Origin: a virus
Taxonomy: Duplodnaviria > Caudoviricetes
DNA length: 39,474 nt
Reading direction: 5' to 3' (one strand)
Virus record (IMG/VR): IMGVR_UViG_3300025621_000021
Coordinates: 1 to 39,474 of that record
In this document: piece after piece, positions 9,636 to 19,739 of the stretch
Position numbering within the stretch: the stretch's first letter is position 1
How the letters are laid out: every line of letters begins with the position of its first letter
Position numbers and translations under genes: made by a program
Notes under the pieces: model-generated
What the model was told of the DNA's origin: nothing
The model's database searches: none
Seen by the model: only the letters and a program-made list of their open reading frames with translations

Positions 9636-11228
9636 TTAGTATTGAATGTTTACGTTATCCTTCGAGAAAGCTTGTTTAAATTTTTCCCTTAAAGTTAGTT
9701 GGTCTTGAGTTGCATCGCCATTATTGTTGGCAACCACCTCTTCTTCGATTTCTGCATTTTCGATAGCTTCTTCAACAACCTCTTCGGTTGATTCTTCTGC
9801 TACTTCTTCTGTAGATTCGCTTGCGGAAGAAAGCTCAGAAATTCTCTTTTGAACTTGCTCTTCAACTTTAGCTGCAATAGCTTTTTGTTGTTCTTCCTTG
9901 AAAGATTTTGTTTTGTGCTTCCACATTACAGAAAGTTTTTCCTTATACTCAGCATAAGCTTCTTCTGTGGAATCAAGTGATTTAAGATCAGAAGCAAGAA
10001 CGACTCGATCTTCGTCTTCTAATTCGAAAAGATCATCAAGTGCGCTCATTCTGTCGTTAAACTTCTCGGAAGCTTCTTTTGCGGCTGCTTCAGTTTTGAG
10101 AAGCTCAACTTGCTGATTCATTGCTGCGATTTCTTCTTTTAAAGATTCAATGGTCTTCTTAGACTCTTCGGAAGCTTGAACGAGTTCTTCGTTTGCTTTT
10201 CCCATTTCTTCTTTGTCCGCTTGCCACTGGTCATTCTTTTGAATGATAGCGTCATGAAAAACTTTAGTGATGTTGGCAATAGCCTCTTCAGAAAGTTTCT
10301 TAGACGAAGCTTGAGCTTCTAAGGTTTCTTTTACTTGGTTTAAAATTTCTTGTTCCATAATGATATTAGGTTTTAAGTTCTTGCTTAAATTTACATCGTG
10401 TTTACGTAAATGGGAACTTTTTTTATTTTTTATTTCTATTTTTTCATAGCTGGAGCTTTCTCCGCTATCTTTTAGTTTAAATTCTCGGATGCTTTTTTCG
10501 TCTACAGTTAAACCCTTTACGGCGGCTGCTGGATTAGCTGTGAAGCCGATTCCAAGAGGATAAACATCTCCAACGATCAAGCGATGAACTTCTTCTCCGT
10601 CGTCGTTTCTTCCGTTTCCTCCATATGCCTTAAGAAATTGTTTATTTTCTTCTTTGCCTTCTTCGTCTTCGATAATTTTCGCATCTTTTAAATTGTCGCT
10701 TCCAATGGCAATTACATAATCATTGAATCCAATTTCCCAGCTCGCTGATACTTTTTGATAAAGCTCATCCTCTTCATCTACGGATTTCTGAACGAGTTCT
10801 GCAAATTCGGGGTTAACTGTTTTATATACAACAGAAGATAATGCAATATTAAAAGGCTCATCACTTGCAGCCGCTTCTTCTTCGCTCATCAATTCGTTTG
10901 TGCCAAACTTAGAGAATGAAGCTCCTACGACATGTCCAACCACTTTCTTTCTTTGATGCTCTATATTGGTGGGCTTGTGAATGAAGTAGTCCTTTATAGC
11001 TATCGCGGTCTCGGTATCGATTCCATCTCCATTCTTATTGAACATGTTTGCTACAGCGCCGTTAAATGCTACTCCAACTAAATCAATGTTCTTTCCAAAA
11101 TCAATATCTTCTGGTATCAAGTCCCTTAAAGATTCAACAGATGCTAAAGATTCAATCTGTTCGCTTTTCGGGCTAGAAGCTACAACACTTTCAGAAAACT
11201 TACATATATACTTAAAAGGTAAACTCAT
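9636..11228 (-). CDS. Prohead protease fused to coiled-coil scaffold
   Basis: N-terminal NKNGD, PTNIEH, VSASWEIGF, GIGFTANPA protease-like motifs; acidic coiled-coil C-terminal half. Confidence 0.8.
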   Translation of the reverse strand: MSLPFKYICKFSESVVASSPKSEQIESLASVESLRDLIPEDIDFGKNIDLVGVAFNGAVANMFNKNGDGIDTETAIAIKDYFIHKPTNIEHQRKKVVGHVVGASFSKFGTNELMSEEEAAASDEPFNIALSSVVYKTVNPEFAELVQKSVDEEDELYQKVSASWEIGFNDYVIAIGSDNLKDAKIIEDEEGKEENKQFLKAYGGNGRNDDGEEVHRLIVGDVYPLGIGFTANPAAAVKGLTVDEKSIREFKLKDSGESSSYEKIEIKNKKSSHLRKHDVNLSKNLKPNIIMEQEILNQVKETLEAQASSKKLSEEAIANITKVFHDAIIQKNDQWQADKEEMGKANEELVQASEESKKTIESLKEEIAAMNQQVELLKTEAAAKEASEKFNDRMSALDDLFELEDEDRVVLASDLKSLDSTEEAYAEYKEKLSVMWKHKTKSFKEEQQKAIAAKVEEQVQKRISELSSASESTEEVAEESTEEVVEEAIENAEIEEEVVANNNGDATQDQLTLREKFKQAFSKDNVNIQY

Positions 11229-11250
11229 ATTAATATATTAATACACAAGA

Positions 11251-13374
11251 TTATTTATTATCAATATTTATTTTTTTACTATGATAAAGTATAGAAGCAG
11301 GATAAGATACAATTTCATGCTGTTCAGAAATATCTAAAACATCAGATAAAATATTTAATTTTTCAATATTATTAAAATCTTCAATACAAGAGCTTAATGC
11401 TTTTTCCCATTGGCCATGTTCTGTTGACATAACTATGCTTTCTGTCAATGTATCTATAATACCCTTGTGTTCTTTAGATAATCTTTTCTTGCCGTAGTGG
11501 TTCTTTAGCGCCGATTCAGCTTGCTTGCGTAAAGCTTCAATGCTGTACACCACTTCTTGAATATTCTTTCTGCTGTGAACTTCGTCCGAGGCAAATACTC
11601 CACTAGGCTTGGTTGTTGTTCCTGCTGGCCTGCCATTGTCTTTTTTTACGGCAGGCTTTGCTGGTTGAGGCTGTCCTGGCTGAGGAGGAGGCGGTCCCTT
11701 TTTCATTTGTTCCTGAGATACCTTTTGCTGCTCAATGCTCATTTCGTGCTGCTCTTCTTTCATTTCTTGATCTTCTTCGCTTAGAATAGGCTGAGATGCA
11801 GACAACGGAGTATAAAACCCTTTCTCTCTATCTTCAACAAATCTTTCTTGCGCTGGGCGAAGATCTTGAGGGTCTGGGTAAACACCTTTCTTTAGAGCAA
11901 TCATTCCCTGTTCTGGGGTTATGATTCCCATCTCGATTAACCTGGACGTTACTCTTTGTAGTTGCACTTCATCCTTGATGTCTATCTCTACGAATTTCGC
12001 CGTTGGGAAATTCTTAAAACCCATTGCTTGACAAACTTTCTTTATCTGGGGCTGCATAAAGTCATTAAGAAATGCACTTCTAGCTTCTTTTAATCTCTCT
12101 AGAAATATCTGAGCTTTTACTTGAGTGCTTGAGTAATTCTCTTTACCCACAATAATGTTCTGTAAACCTTCCTTGATGTCTTCGTTTACTATTTGGTACT
12201 TGGTCGGACCTAGAACCTTATTTAGATCAGGTATAACAAATTCCGCCTTGGTTGTGTAGTCCGCAATCAAAGCACGCCCAATGCTTTCATTCTGGAAGAG
12301 GGATTGCATTGCTTTTAAATTATTTGGATTAACTCCTCCTTTGTCTGGAGTATTTCCCATCGTCACCAATAAGATTACATTTTCAATGGTACGAGTTATA
12401 GCTTGATCTATTTTCTTTAACTCCATTTTCCAATTTATATCATCAAGCACAGAGAAACCAAAAGGAATAGCAAAAGGCTCATAATCTTGTTTTTTATAAA
12501 AAGAAAAAATTAATTTATTAGGATCTAAATCGACCATGATTCCGTCTGACATCCACTGGTTCTGCTTTATTTTATCTTTGGCGTCTTTAGGTAACGCATT
12601 AAACATTTCTTGGTCGTAGTCAGACTGAGGAAACTTCAACTTCTCTATATCGTACTCACTTAGTATTTTTTTATAGATGCCATTCTTTGCGCTGAAAGTT
12701 AAGGCTCTGTCGGCCACAAAGTCATATGGGTTTAAAAATATGTAACCAACAGGTATTTTCTTGGATCCGATGTTTTTACTTTCTGCTCCATAAACCTGAT
12801 TCAGTTTAATTAAATCTTCTGTAGTAAATTTGCCGTCCAGCTTATACATGAAAACATTCCCCGACCTATAATACTCCCTGAAGTATTGATCCTTTAACTT
12901 CCATATGTTTATCTTCTGCATCCATTTGTCTATGAATATCTTGGCTTTCTCTGAACCTCCGTCTAAATAAATGTCTGAATTTGAGAACTCAGCCATTACG
13001 TCTATAGCGTTCCTAAAGATTGGTACGTTCGCATAAGCTTTCTGACAAAGCTCAATAGAAATCCTTGGGCTTACATAAGAATCCTTGTACGAGTACGGCA
13101 ATCCCAGACTGTCGATATTCGCATACTTGTTTGCCTTGGGTGGTTTTGTTGCCCTGTTTGATCTGTAACGAGTTCCTTCTTCTCCTTCTATTTGGCCTAC
13201 GTTTCTAGAGTAATTTGCCTCGGTATAATAAGACTCTCCCGCTGTAGCTGGTTTTACTTCTTGAGTACTTTCGGCTTTACTTAATAAAGAATTTAGATCT
13301 TCTTTCTCCGCCTGACCTGCACTTGCGTTGAATTTACTCCAGTATTCTGATTTCTTATTATATTTTCTTGGCAT
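11251..13374 (-). CDS. Portal protein
   Basis: 707 aa between terminase and protease; YANVPIFRNAIDVMAEF, YYRSGNVF, PFAIPFGFSVLDDI, C-terminal GRP motif. Confidence 0.85.
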   Translation of the reverse strand: MPRKYNKKSEYWSKFNASAGQAEKEDLNSLLSKAESTQEVKPATAGESYYTEANYSRNVGQIEGEEGTRYRSNRATKPPKANKYANIDSLGLPYSYKDSYVSPRISIELCQKAYANVPIFRNAIDVMAEFSNSDIYLDGGSEKAKIFIDKWMQKINIWKLKDQYFREYYRSGNVFMYKLDGKFTTEDLIKLNQVYGAESKNIGSKKIPVGYIFLNPYDFVADRALTFSAKNGIYKKILSEYDIEKLKFPQSDYDQEMFNALPKDAKDKIKQNQWMSDGIMVDLDPNKLIFSFYKKQDYEPFAIPFGFSVLDDINWKMELKKIDQAITRTIENVILLVTMGNTPDKGGVNPNNLKAMQSLFQNESIGRALIADYTTKAEFVIPDLNKVLGPTKYQIVNEDIKEGLQNIIVGKENYSSTQVKAQIFLERLKEARSAFLNDFMQPQIKKVCQAMGFKNFPTAKFVEIDIKDEVQLQRVTSRLIEMGIITPEQGMIALKKGVYPDPQDLRPAQERFVEDREKGFYTPLSASQPILSEEDQEMKEEQHEMSIEQQKVSQEQMKKGPPPPQPGQPQPAKPAVKKDNGRPAGTTTKPSGVFASDEVHSRKNIQEVVYSIEALRKQAESALKNHYGKKRLSKEHKGIIDTLTESIVMSTEHGQWEKALSSCIEDFNNIEKLNILSDVLDISEQHEIVSYPASILYHSKKINIDNK

Positions 13375-13440
13375 ATTATATAGTACACCAAATCCATTGA
13401 AAGTCTATCCAAAGTTGCAAAGTTAACTTTAACTTTACTT

Positions 13441-15315
13441 TTAAACCATTATCGGAGTAAACGTTGCATCTACATGTGCCTCTTTGGCATTCATCATGTC
13501 GTAATACGTCTTGATCATCCAATTCCCAAGAACCAAAGCTGAATAAGAATCCTTCCTTGTTTTACTTGGTCCGCTTTGCCTTCTTAGGTTTGACGGCAAT
13601 CCAAAAGTTTGAGTTCCTTGGGGCGTAGAAGTTACCTGTATCAATGCACATTGATTTTTAGTATAGTTAACCATATCCCATTGATGATCCAGGAAATCTA
13701 TTAGCTTTGCCCCACCGCTACTTTTCAAAAACTCTTTCTGATTGGGCACAAATGTCAAATCGTCTATAGGTACTTTTTTCTTTAATTGCATATGATAATT
13801 ATCATCCAATGGCCTAGAGCCAAACCATATTCTTTTGTGGTCTAAGTTGGCCTGTAAAAGTTCATTCGACTTTCTAATCCAGTCAGAATTGGCTTTCCTC
13901 AGTATGCATATTTTTCTATCTTTTAAATTGTATTGCATTTTGAGCTCCCTGAGTCCTTCTTGGTAATGCTCGGTATTATCAAGGTCAGCAGAGATTTCCT
14001 GTATATTTATATTACTTTTATTGAATTGCTCACTAGCGTTAGCTCCCTGTAAAAATTGTACACCTCCACCATAGTCACCAACAATAGCAACAATATTAAA
14101 ATGAGTCAACAAGTAATGAAAATAATTAATATGATCCTGCATCTTTAAACCAGGAACAGCATAACTATGAATTAAAGTACCAGATTTTGTATTATCATTC
14201 AATTTAAATAATTGCATAGCGAAATCGTCAGAGCTTTCACTCTCCGCCCAACTTGGGTCAAATGCTAACAAATATTTACAATCTCTGTCTCCAGCAAGCT
14301 CCATGCAAGGAGTCTCTCCATCAGGAACAGTGCATGCAGCCATTGTGGATGTTTTAAAGAACCCTGAGCTGTCGTCCGTGAATATAGCATTAAACTCTCG
14401 ATCAAACTGAGACTGACTCATTGTTTGCTTTGATTGATTGATCAAGTTTTGATCGTAAAGAGCTTCGGGGGCCACATCATAACTAAAATGCATTATAACC
14501 CTTTTTGACGTATCTATGGATCCTGGATGAGTTCCGTCGAGAATTAGATTCTCGAATGTCTCGTATACCTTATATAAATATTCAAACTTATAACTAGCAG
14601 AGGATAATGCTATCAATTTATTGTTTGGCCATTTGTACCTATCCTCTTCCTTCATTTTACCCTTGGCTATCATTTGGTCTTCTAGTTTTCTTACCTTCTC
14701 TCTTTCTGTGGGGTTTTGAACAACACTAAGGAACGGCAAAATAACCTCATTGTAAATATGCTCTGGCATCAAAAGAAACTCATCAATAATAATTCTATGA
14801 AACCTAAAACCACGCAACTTTGAACCATCACCCAAAGGTAAAGCAATAATTTTAGATTCTCCGATCTCTAGGGTCCACTGGTCGTTTTTCTTTGATTTCT
14901 TGGTTATGCATTGCGCTAAAAATGCAGCTTCTGGTTTTCTTGCTATATCCTCAATCTTTTCAAATATCATCTTCGACTGCCTGAATGTGGCAGCCATAAT
15001 ACCTATCTGCACTCCCTGATTAAATATCGCATCCAGAAAAGCATATATAGCAGTACTAAAAGACTTGGACATTCCTCGACTCCATATACCAAGAAAGTAA
15101 TCCGTTTCCAACATCGACTTGATGGCCAGGTGCTGAAAAGGAAAAAGATCCACTCCAGCTATTAAGTTTGTTGTAAAAGTTACATTATCCCTAAGGAAAT
15201 TGTGAAGCAGTATCTTTGCGTCTGGCTCGTCTAGGTACCCCTTGATCTTCAACATTTCGTCGTTGACGTTCGTCTCTTTATCGTTGTTCGCTAGCCTGCC
15301 TTCTTCCCAAGTCAT
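13441..15315 (-). CDS. terL: Terminase large subunit
   Basis: LFPFQ adenine motif, Walker A SRGMSKS, LRGFR, Walker B IIIDEF, LSSA motif III, nuclease AFDPS and C-terminal KDSYSA. Confidence 0.92.
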   Translation of the reverse strand: MTWEEGRLANNDKETNVNDEMLKIKGYLDEPDAKILLHNFLRDNVTFTTNLIAGVDLFPFQHLAIKSMLETDYFLGIWSRGMSKSFSTAIYAFLDAIFNQGVQIGIMAATFRQSKMIFEKIEDIARKPEAAFLAQCITKKSKKNDQWTLEIGESKIIALPLGDGSKLRGFRFHRIIIDEFLLMPEHIYNEVILPFLSVVQNPTEREKVRKLEDQMIAKGKMKEEDRYKWPNNKLIALSSASYKFEYLYKVYETFENLILDGTHPGSIDTSKRVIMHFSYDVAPEALYDQNLINQSKQTMSQSQFDREFNAIFTDDSSGFFKTSTMAACTVPDGETPCMELAGDRDCKYLLAFDPSWAESESSDDFAMQLFKLNDNTKSGTLIHSYAVPGLKMQDHINYFHYLLTHFNIVAIVGDYGGGVQFLQGANASEQFNKSNINIQEISADLDNTEHYQEGLRELKMQYNLKDRKICILRKANSDWIRKSNELLQANLDHKRIWFGSRPLDDNYHMQLKKKVPIDDLTFVPNQKEFLKSSGGAKLIDFLDHQWDMVNYTKNQCALIQVTSTPQGTQTFGLPSNLRRQSGPSKTRKDSYSALVLGNWMIKTYYDMMNAKEAHVDATFTPIMV

Positions 15316-16232
15316 TGTTTATCTATAAAGTATTGTAAGTCTGTTTCCCATAATTTTTTACCATAAACCAAAAGCTTGGGTATCATTTCTTCTGATTGCT
15401 TCCTTCCTCCAGTAAAAATAAATTGACATTTTTTAGCGAATTTATGCATGAGTAATCTCATGTTATGCCATATGTATGGCAGGTTTGATTGCCTAGGTCC
15501 GTACATATTGTTTTTTATAATCGCTTCTATCGAACTTTCGACTACTATAAAAATATATGCATCAAATTCTTGTGCCCTTTCAAGCTCTCTAGTGAATCTT
15601 TTAAACCCTGTAGTCATTGTGCCTTTGAAGTCTGATTCGCTTTTCCTATCAACATAAGTATAGTCGTAATGCGGCGCGCCAACAGCGTAATCGCCAAAAT
15701 CCAACTTCATAGACGTGGAGTTGTTAAACTTTAATGGTTGCTGCTCACGAGTGTCTATCAGTATGTTAATATTATCCAATTCTATATTTCTATCAAAAAA
15801 ACCTTTCATTATATTTTTATCCAATAATGGTTTAATTTTTATATCATTGCATGCTTGCGAATAAGAACCAAAAAAATACTTATACATATCCATTGATGGC
15901 AAGTCATGAAGAAGAAGTTCCAGGTGACACGGAGCATATGCCAATTCCTTGACCGTAACGCGCTGCTGAAGGCGTTTCAATATATATTCCTTAACTTCCT
16001 CCTTGTCGGCATCTAAAGCCCATTTACGAAGGTTTCCCTGCGACACAAAATCAATATTAAAATAATCATCTTTATTTTTAAATTCTAATAATTCATTAGT
16101 TAATTTATCCCGACGCTGATAAATATTAACATAATATTCAGCAAGAGGAATTTTATGCGTCTTGGGAATGTGCAAGTGCAAGCCTCTTTCATTCTTGAAA
16201 GATTTATTACATACTTTACATTCACAAGTCAT
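15312..16232 (-). CDS. C2H2 zinc finger plus ERCC4/XPF-like nuclease
   Basis: CKVC..HIPKTH finger; IDTREQ, GDY, VDRKSESD, IVVES motifs of the ERCC4 nuclease domain. Confidence 0.8.
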   Translation of the reverse strand: MTCECKVCNKSFKNERGLHLHIPKTHKIPLAEYYVNIYQRRDKLTNELLEFKNKDDYFNIDFVSQGNLRKWALDADKEEVKEYILKRLQQRVTVKELAYAPCHLELLLHDLPSMDMYKYFFGSYSQACNDIKIKPLLDKNIMKGFFDRNIELDNINILIDTREQQPLKFNNSTSMKLDFGDYAVGAPHYDYTYVDRKSESDFKGTMTTGFKRFTRELERAQEFDAYIFIVVESSIEAIIKNNMYGPRQSNLPYIWHNMRLLMHKFAKKCQFIFTGGRKQSEEMIPKLLVYGKKLWETDLQYFIDKQ

Positions 16233-16302
16233 CTATAAACAAAAATAAGCCACTACAAAATGCAGTGACCTATTTCCATGCGCAATTAAGCAAAAAAATA
16301 TA

Positions 16303-16551
16303 TTAAGCAACAACTTCAGTCTCTGCGACTTCAGCTTCACCTGATTCGTTTTCTGCGGCTTCTGCGTCAGCTTTTTCGATGTGTTCAACTAACTTCTCTT
16401 TGTCTTCGTCGGACATCTTGTCCAACTCAGTGTTAGCTAATTGAATCGAGTAGCTTTTTGCCGCCTCAATTAGGCCGTTAAGGTTTAACTGATTGAGAAT
16501 GGAGGTTCCAAGGGTTTCAATCATTTTGTCTCTGATAATTTTATCACTCAT
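16303..16551 (-). CDS. Hypothetical acidic protein
   Basis: 82 aa ORF. Confidence 0.6.
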   Translation of the reverse strand: MSDKIIRDKMIETLGTSILNQLNLNGLIEAAKSYSIQLANTELDKMSDEDKEKLVEHIEKADAEAAENESGEAEVAETEVVA

Positions 16552-16676
16552 AATTATTTAAATTTTATTTTATATTTATTGTTTAGTTTACTTGTTAATT
16601 GTTTATTGTTTAACTGTAGTTTTCTTTGTATCTGCTACTGTTTGTATTATATATTGACAAGTAGTATATTTCTATA

Positions 16677-16931
16677 TTAAAGTTTGTATTCTACCTTACC
16701 TTCGTCGAGAGACTTGTTTTCCGGCTCTTTGACCTGCTTTATGGAATACGTTGTGATTTCTTCTCCACCAATATCCTGTTCAACTAAATTCTTAGGGCTC
16801 ACGATTGAGCTAAGAGCTTTAATAATAATGTGGTCCGTTTCACCAACAGGCTTGAAGTCAGCCTCTTTTTCAAAGATTTCTTGGATCTTGGAGTATTCAT
16901 AGTCGCCAATTAATAATTCAATTTTTTTCAT
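16677..16931 (-). CDS. Hypothetical protein
   Basis: 84 aa ORF, ATGA overlap with upstream gene. Confidence 0.6.
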   Translation of the reverse strand: MKKIELLIGDYEYSKIQEIFEKEADFKPVGETDHIIIKALSSIVSPKNLVEQDIGGEEITTYSIKQVKEPENKSLDEGKVEYKL

Positions 16932-17983
16932 GTTGCATCGTGTTTAGAGATTCCTAGTATTCTTGCTTTCCAGCTATCCATATTATCAAGTCGAGTTACC
17001 TCTTCGTCAACTAATTTTTTCTGCATCTCTGCTAATTCCACCATTCGACGTCGTTCGTCCTCAACCTGAAAGTTCTTTACCAGTGAGATTATAGTAGCGT
17101 TTTCCTTGCTTTTATTCTTCAATCTCTCTGACCGGTCACCATTTAATTTTTTAATTAATGATTCCATTCTTTTTTCACATTTATCGTATTCATCTGTTTT
17201 AGATTTTAATACTTCCGCTAATCTTACTGTCATGTCTTGTTGGTCTTCAACTTCATTAAACATTGTATTTAGCTTTTCAATGTGAGATGATATATTTTTT
17301 AAATTAATATAATCAACACAAACATTAATATATAAATTTATTTCATCACTTGTTAAATCTGGTTTATCCCATGTAGCTCTTATAAACTCTGCCTCGAACA
17401 ACTCTCTATCTTTCATGTTGCTGTAGTTACTTATAACCTGTATGAATCTTGGCGCCGAAAGACTTTTTATTAAGGATTCAATGCAGTTTGTATCATCATG
17501 AGTGAGTTTATCTTCCCTTAGGTCCGCAAAGCAAAATTCGTTAACTTTATTAAGTCCAGTAGACAAAAGCTTGGGTGGGGCATAAACCCTATTAACTGCA
17601 CTCTCACTATCATGGACGTAAGCTGGTTCATACTCTCTAAGGAAGTCTAATACAGCTACATGTTGTTTCGAGAATCTTTTGACAGACATTTCAGGCCAAA
17701 TCATCTCTGCTATCTGAAAAGCGCTAAGACCGTTCTTGGCTTGCTGCTTGGCAAACTCAATCTGATGGTCAGTTAATTCAATATCTTCGACCTTGTCCCA
17801 TGCGCTAGTCTTGTAATCCATGCTCTGCTCTGCAAGAAACTTCTTTACAGCTCGACCTTCTTTACTTCGACCATCAAGGTCTTCGTTTTGAAATACAGCT
17901 TTTGTTAAATCTAGTAAATTAGGAGTTTCCTTAAAGTTTTCCCTAATGTATTGCTTTTGCTCTTTAGATAATGTTATTTTCAT
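16928..17983 (-). CDS. HTH plus coiled-coil protein, possible terminase small subunit
   Basis: LTDHQIEF..GLSAFQIAEMIW HTH-like segment and long C-terminal coiled coil; close upstream of terL. Confidence 0.45.
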   Translation of the reverse strand: MKITLSKEQKQYIRENFKETPNLLDLTKAVFQNEDLDGRSKEGRAVKKFLAEQSMDYKTSAWDKVEDIELTDHQIEFAKQQAKNGLSAFQIAEMIWPEMSVKRFSKQHVAVLDFLREYEPAYVHDSESAVNRVYAPPKLLSTGLNKVNEFCFADLREDKLTHDDTNCIESLIKSLSAPRFIQVISNYSNMKDRELFEAEFIRATWDKPDLTSDEINLYINVCVDYINLKNISSHIEKLNTMFNEVEDQQDMTVRLAEVLKSKTDEYDKCEKRMESLIKKLNGDRSERLKNKSKENATIISLVKNFQVEDERRRMVELAEMQKKLVDEEVTRLDNMDSWKARILGISKHDAT

Positions 17984-18746
17984 CTCCTAGAAATGCTATA
18001 CCTTTCTTTTTTAGTATTTTAACGGCTTTGTCTTTTAAGGTTTTCTTCAAATTTTTAATTTGCTTGTATCCCGCTTTTCTTCCAGACTCTGTGCTCTTGA
18101 AGCCCATTTGGTCTGCAACTTCTTGATCTGTCAAGTTCTGTATGTAGAGCAAGTGGAAGGCCTTGAACTGCCTTTCATTTAGACAAGCTTTAAGTTCTTT
18201 GATTAATTTCTCGGAAGCTGAATTTATATCCATGTCAAGATGATTATCTACGTTTCCATCAATCTCATGAATGTGACTATCTAGAGATAAAGTGATTTTT
18301 ACATTGTATGCGTGCTTTTTTGTTTTGTCCCATTTTTTGTATAGCGGGCATGTTCTGTCTTGTTGCCCGGATTTAGTGAAGCTGCATAGTTGCATATCTG
18401 CATCATTGTTGAAGGGACAGTTTAAGCATGGACGGGCGTAATTACTGTAATGGTTGCGAAGAATGTTCTTCATCTGGTTTGCAATAATTTTATTGAGCCA
18501 TGGCTTTATTGGGCGTGACTGATCCCATTGATCCCATTTTTTTGCAATATGTGCCCGTATAATTTGCGATACGTCGTCAAAGTCTATCCATGCTACTGAG
18601 CTTAAAAACCAATTCCTCTTTCTTTTGATCAGTTCTTTATCTATTACATCATTAAGGTCTTCGTACTTTGCCTTAACTACGGGCTCCTTGAGTTCAGCGT
18701 CTTTTGTAGGCTTAGTTGCTGGTGTCTTCTTTTTGGGCGGCATCAA
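17964..18746 (-). CDS. Phage RNA polymerase sigma factor (sigma70/ECF-like) with Cys-rich insert
   Basis: Region 2-like DFDDVSQ..KWDQWD..PWLNKIIANQMKNILR; region 4 LNERQFKAFHLLYIQNLTDQEVADQMG. Confidence 0.8.
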   Translation of the reverse strand: MMPPKKKTPATKPTKDAELKEPVVKAKYEDLNDVIDKELIKRKRNWFLSSVAWIDFDDVSQIIRAHIAKKWDQWDQSRPIKPWLNKIIANQMKNILRNHYSNYARPCLNCPFNNDADMQLCSFTKSGQQDRTCPLYKKWDKTKKHAYNVKITLSLDSHIHEIDGNVDNHLDMDINSASEKLIKELKACLNERQFKAFHLLYIQNLTDQEVADQMGFKSTESGRKAGYKQIKNLKKTLKDKAVKILKKKGIAFLGDENNII

Positions 18747-19053
18747 TAATATCTTTAAAGTTATGAATTGTATTGCCCGATTTAGTTATCTCGTAGCTCA
18801 GTGATGATATATTTGGAACATGATCTATGTCCGTTTCGTCCTCTGATAGGGAGCCTCTAGATTCCTTTCTGGCTTCCATTTGCTCTCTGAAGCTTCCGGC
18901 GCTCTTGCGGGCAACAGGCTTCTTGTCCGCTTGTGGCTTGACGCCGCTTGATGCAGTTTTCTCCATAGGAGTTCCGCAGGAAGAACAAAACTTTGGCTTA
19001 GCGCCAGAGTACTCGTTTTTTGCTCCGCATTCTGTACAAAATATTGTTTGCAT
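18712..19053 (-). CDS. Zinc-ribbon protein
   Basis: FCTECG..KFCSSCG; ATG 19053 preferred over the track start 19083. Confidence 0.7.
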   Translation of the reverse strand: MQTIFCTECGAKNEYSGAKPKFCSSCGTPMEKTASSGVKPQADKKPVARKSAGSFREQMEARKESRGSLSEDETDIDHVPNISSLSYEITKSGNTIHNFKDIIDAAQKEDTSN

Positions 19054-19096
19054 AATACTTGTATTATAAACAAGCAAATGCATTATATCTAATAAT

Positions 19097-19726
19097 TTAT
19101 ATTAAATACCCGGCAATTATCCTTGCCTGCCTGCGCATAAACTCGTTGGTTGTTTTATCAAAACATTTATCTCCACTAGAAGCGCAAGAGTCCATGGCGC
19201 ATTCGTCTACGTAGCCTTTTACATAGTCTACCCCCAATATGCCAATAACGGTATCGTTTAAAGTCTTTATTGGAACATTATAAATACTTCTGACTCCTTT
19301 GTCTTGAGCCATCATCGCAAAAGCGTGATCCGGAGCAGATTTAATATCCGAGTAAGCGAACGATCCTTCGCCAGTTAATTTGTTAATATAATCGTGAAAA
19401 TTTGAAACAATATGGTTTCTTGAATGTTCATGCTCCCTGCTTATTCCAGGAAGAACCATTTCATGGGTGCAGCTAAACTTCTGCTGGCTTCTCCCGGAAA
19501 CATAATAACTGCCATTATGAAACTGCATAATATAAGCGCGGTCAGCACCCATTTGGTTCATCAAGTAATCTAGAGCAGTATAAATGTTTTCGTTATTCTG
19601 AGTTTCGCTTAGTATTGGGTCTTTTTTTTTCGCTATATCTTTTGCTCTTTTTCTTGAAATTAGTACGCTAGCTATTGTTGCTGACGCACCGATTATCGCA
19701 GATACTATAATATAAATTCCATCCAT
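19097..19726 (-). CDS. N-terminal TM plus GAF domain, T4 gpT-like holin candidate
   Basis: Hydrophobic N-terminus; GADRAYIMQFHNG, GVRSIYNVPI, IGILGVDY GAF-type motifs. Confidence 0.6.
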   Translation of the reverse strand: MDGIYIIVSAIIGASATIASVLISRKRAKDIAKKKDPILSETQNNENIYTALDYLMNQMGADRAYIMQFHNGSYYVSGRSQQKFSCTHEMVLPGISREHEHSRNHIVSNFHDYINKLTGEGSFAYSDIKSAPDHAFAMMAQDKGVRSIYNVPIKTLNDTVIGILGVDYVKGYVDECAMDSCASSGDKCFDKTTNEFMRRQARIIAGYLI

Positions 19727-19739
19727 ACTTTTTGTTACA

